Virus record (IMG/VR): IMGVR_UViG_2703718842_000001
Length of the DNA: 36,745 bases
From: a virus
Lineage: Duplodnaviria > Heunggongvirae > Uroviricota > Caudoviricetes
Reading direction: 5' to 3' (one strand)
The translations under genes and the position numbers were made by a program. Below the pieces are notes generated by a model, which saw nothing but the letters and a program-made list of their open reading frames with translations, did no database searches and was not told where the DNA came from. Shown here piece after piece: positions 36,146-36,745 of this stretch (positions within the stretch are counted from its first letter, which is position 1; every line of letters starts with the position of its first letter).

Positions 36146-36745
36146 ATGCGTAAAGTTTGTGCAGCAATTTTGTCCGCAGCCATTTGTCTGGCCGTATCCG
36201 GTGCGCCTGCATGGGCGTCTGAACATCAGTCCACGCTGAGCGCGGGGTATCTTCATGCCTCGACGAACGTCCCCGGCAGTGATGATCTGAACGGGATTAA
36301 CGTGAAATACCGTTATGAGTTTACGGACACACTGGGGCTGGTGACGTCATTCAGCTATGCAGGAGACAAGAATCGCCAGCTGACCCGTTACAGCGATACC
36401 CGCTGGCATGAAGATTCCGTTCGTAACCGCTGGTTCAGCGTAATGGCGGGGCCGTCTGTGCGCGTGAATGAATGGTTCAGCGCGTATGCGATGGCGGGTG
36501 TGGCTTACAGCCGTGTGTCGACTTTCTCCGGGGATTATCTTCGCGTAACTGACAACAAGGGGAAAAAGCACGATGTGCTGACCGGAAGTGATGACGGTCG
36601 CCACAGCAACACGTCTCTGGCGTGGGGGGCTGGCGTGCAGTTTAACCCGACCGAATCCGTGGCCATTGATATTGCTTATGAAGGCTCCGGCAGTGGTGAC
36701 TGGCGCACTGACGGTTTCATCGTGGGTGTCGGTTATAAATTCTGA
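36146..36745 (+). CDS. lom: outer membrane protein Lom (Ail/Lom/PagC family beta-barrel), 199 aa
   Basis: GAGAGG RBS; signal peptide MRKVCAAILSAAICLAVSGAPAWA; alternating beta-strand pattern ending in aromatic GVGYKF; located after J as in lambda. Confidence 0.9.
   Translation: MRKVCAAILSAAICLAVSGAPAWASEHQSTLSAGYLHASTNVPGSDDLNGINVKYRYEFTDTLGLVTSFSYAGDKNRQLTRYSDTRWHEDSVRNRWFSVMAGPSVRVNEWFSAYAMAGVAYSRVSTFSGDYLRVTDNKGKKHDVLTGSDDGRHSNTSLAWGAGVQFNPTESVAIDIAYEGSGSGDWRTDGFIVGVGYKF

Larger units (their letters stand above)
1430..36745. mobile_element. lambdoid prophage integrated at the 3' end of thrW (left junction approx.; right end beyond window)
   Basis: integrase gene abuts tRNA 3' end; contiguous integration, immunity, replication, Q, lysis, cos, head and tail modules follow; no attR or host genes seen before window end. 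Confidence 0.85.

Noticed and set aside
1-36745. Insertion sequences, transposases or integrons
   Set aside because: No transposase-like ORF or terminal inverted repeats recognised anywhere in the window; the only recombinase is the phage integrase.

Overview
The window opens with the complete host gene proA followed by tRNA-Thr (thrW, anticodon CGU). Directly 3' of the tRNA a lambdoid prophage begins and runs to the end of the window; its right end is not in the window. Order: P22-type integrase and excisionase; a leftward early operon (DUF551-like, HD-domain YfdR-like, YfdQ-like, YfdP-like proteins); a cI-like S24 repressor with a divergent Cro-like gene and visible operator repeats; a rightward early operon (O-like initiator with in-gene iterons, PerC-like protein, a LexA DNA-binding-domain-only protein, RusA, KilA-N protein, DUF968 protein, small QuuD-type Q antiterminator); an AT-rich antisense two-gene moron of unknown function (308-aa soluble protein plus 182-aa four-helix membrane protein); a small wHTH-like ORF and a beta-class DNA methyltransferase; an S21-type pinholin / SAR endolysin / Rz / Rz1 lysis cassette; a lambda-like cos site; terminase, portal, protease-capsid fusion; and a lambda-like tail set Z-U-V-G/GT-H-M-L-K-I-J plus lom. 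The strongest candidate for an undescribed system is the AT-rich two-gene moron in the Q-lysis hotspot, followed by the catalytic-domain-less LexA-like protein. All calls rest on reading the sequence and ORF track by eye and on remembered protein families; no database search or computation was run.
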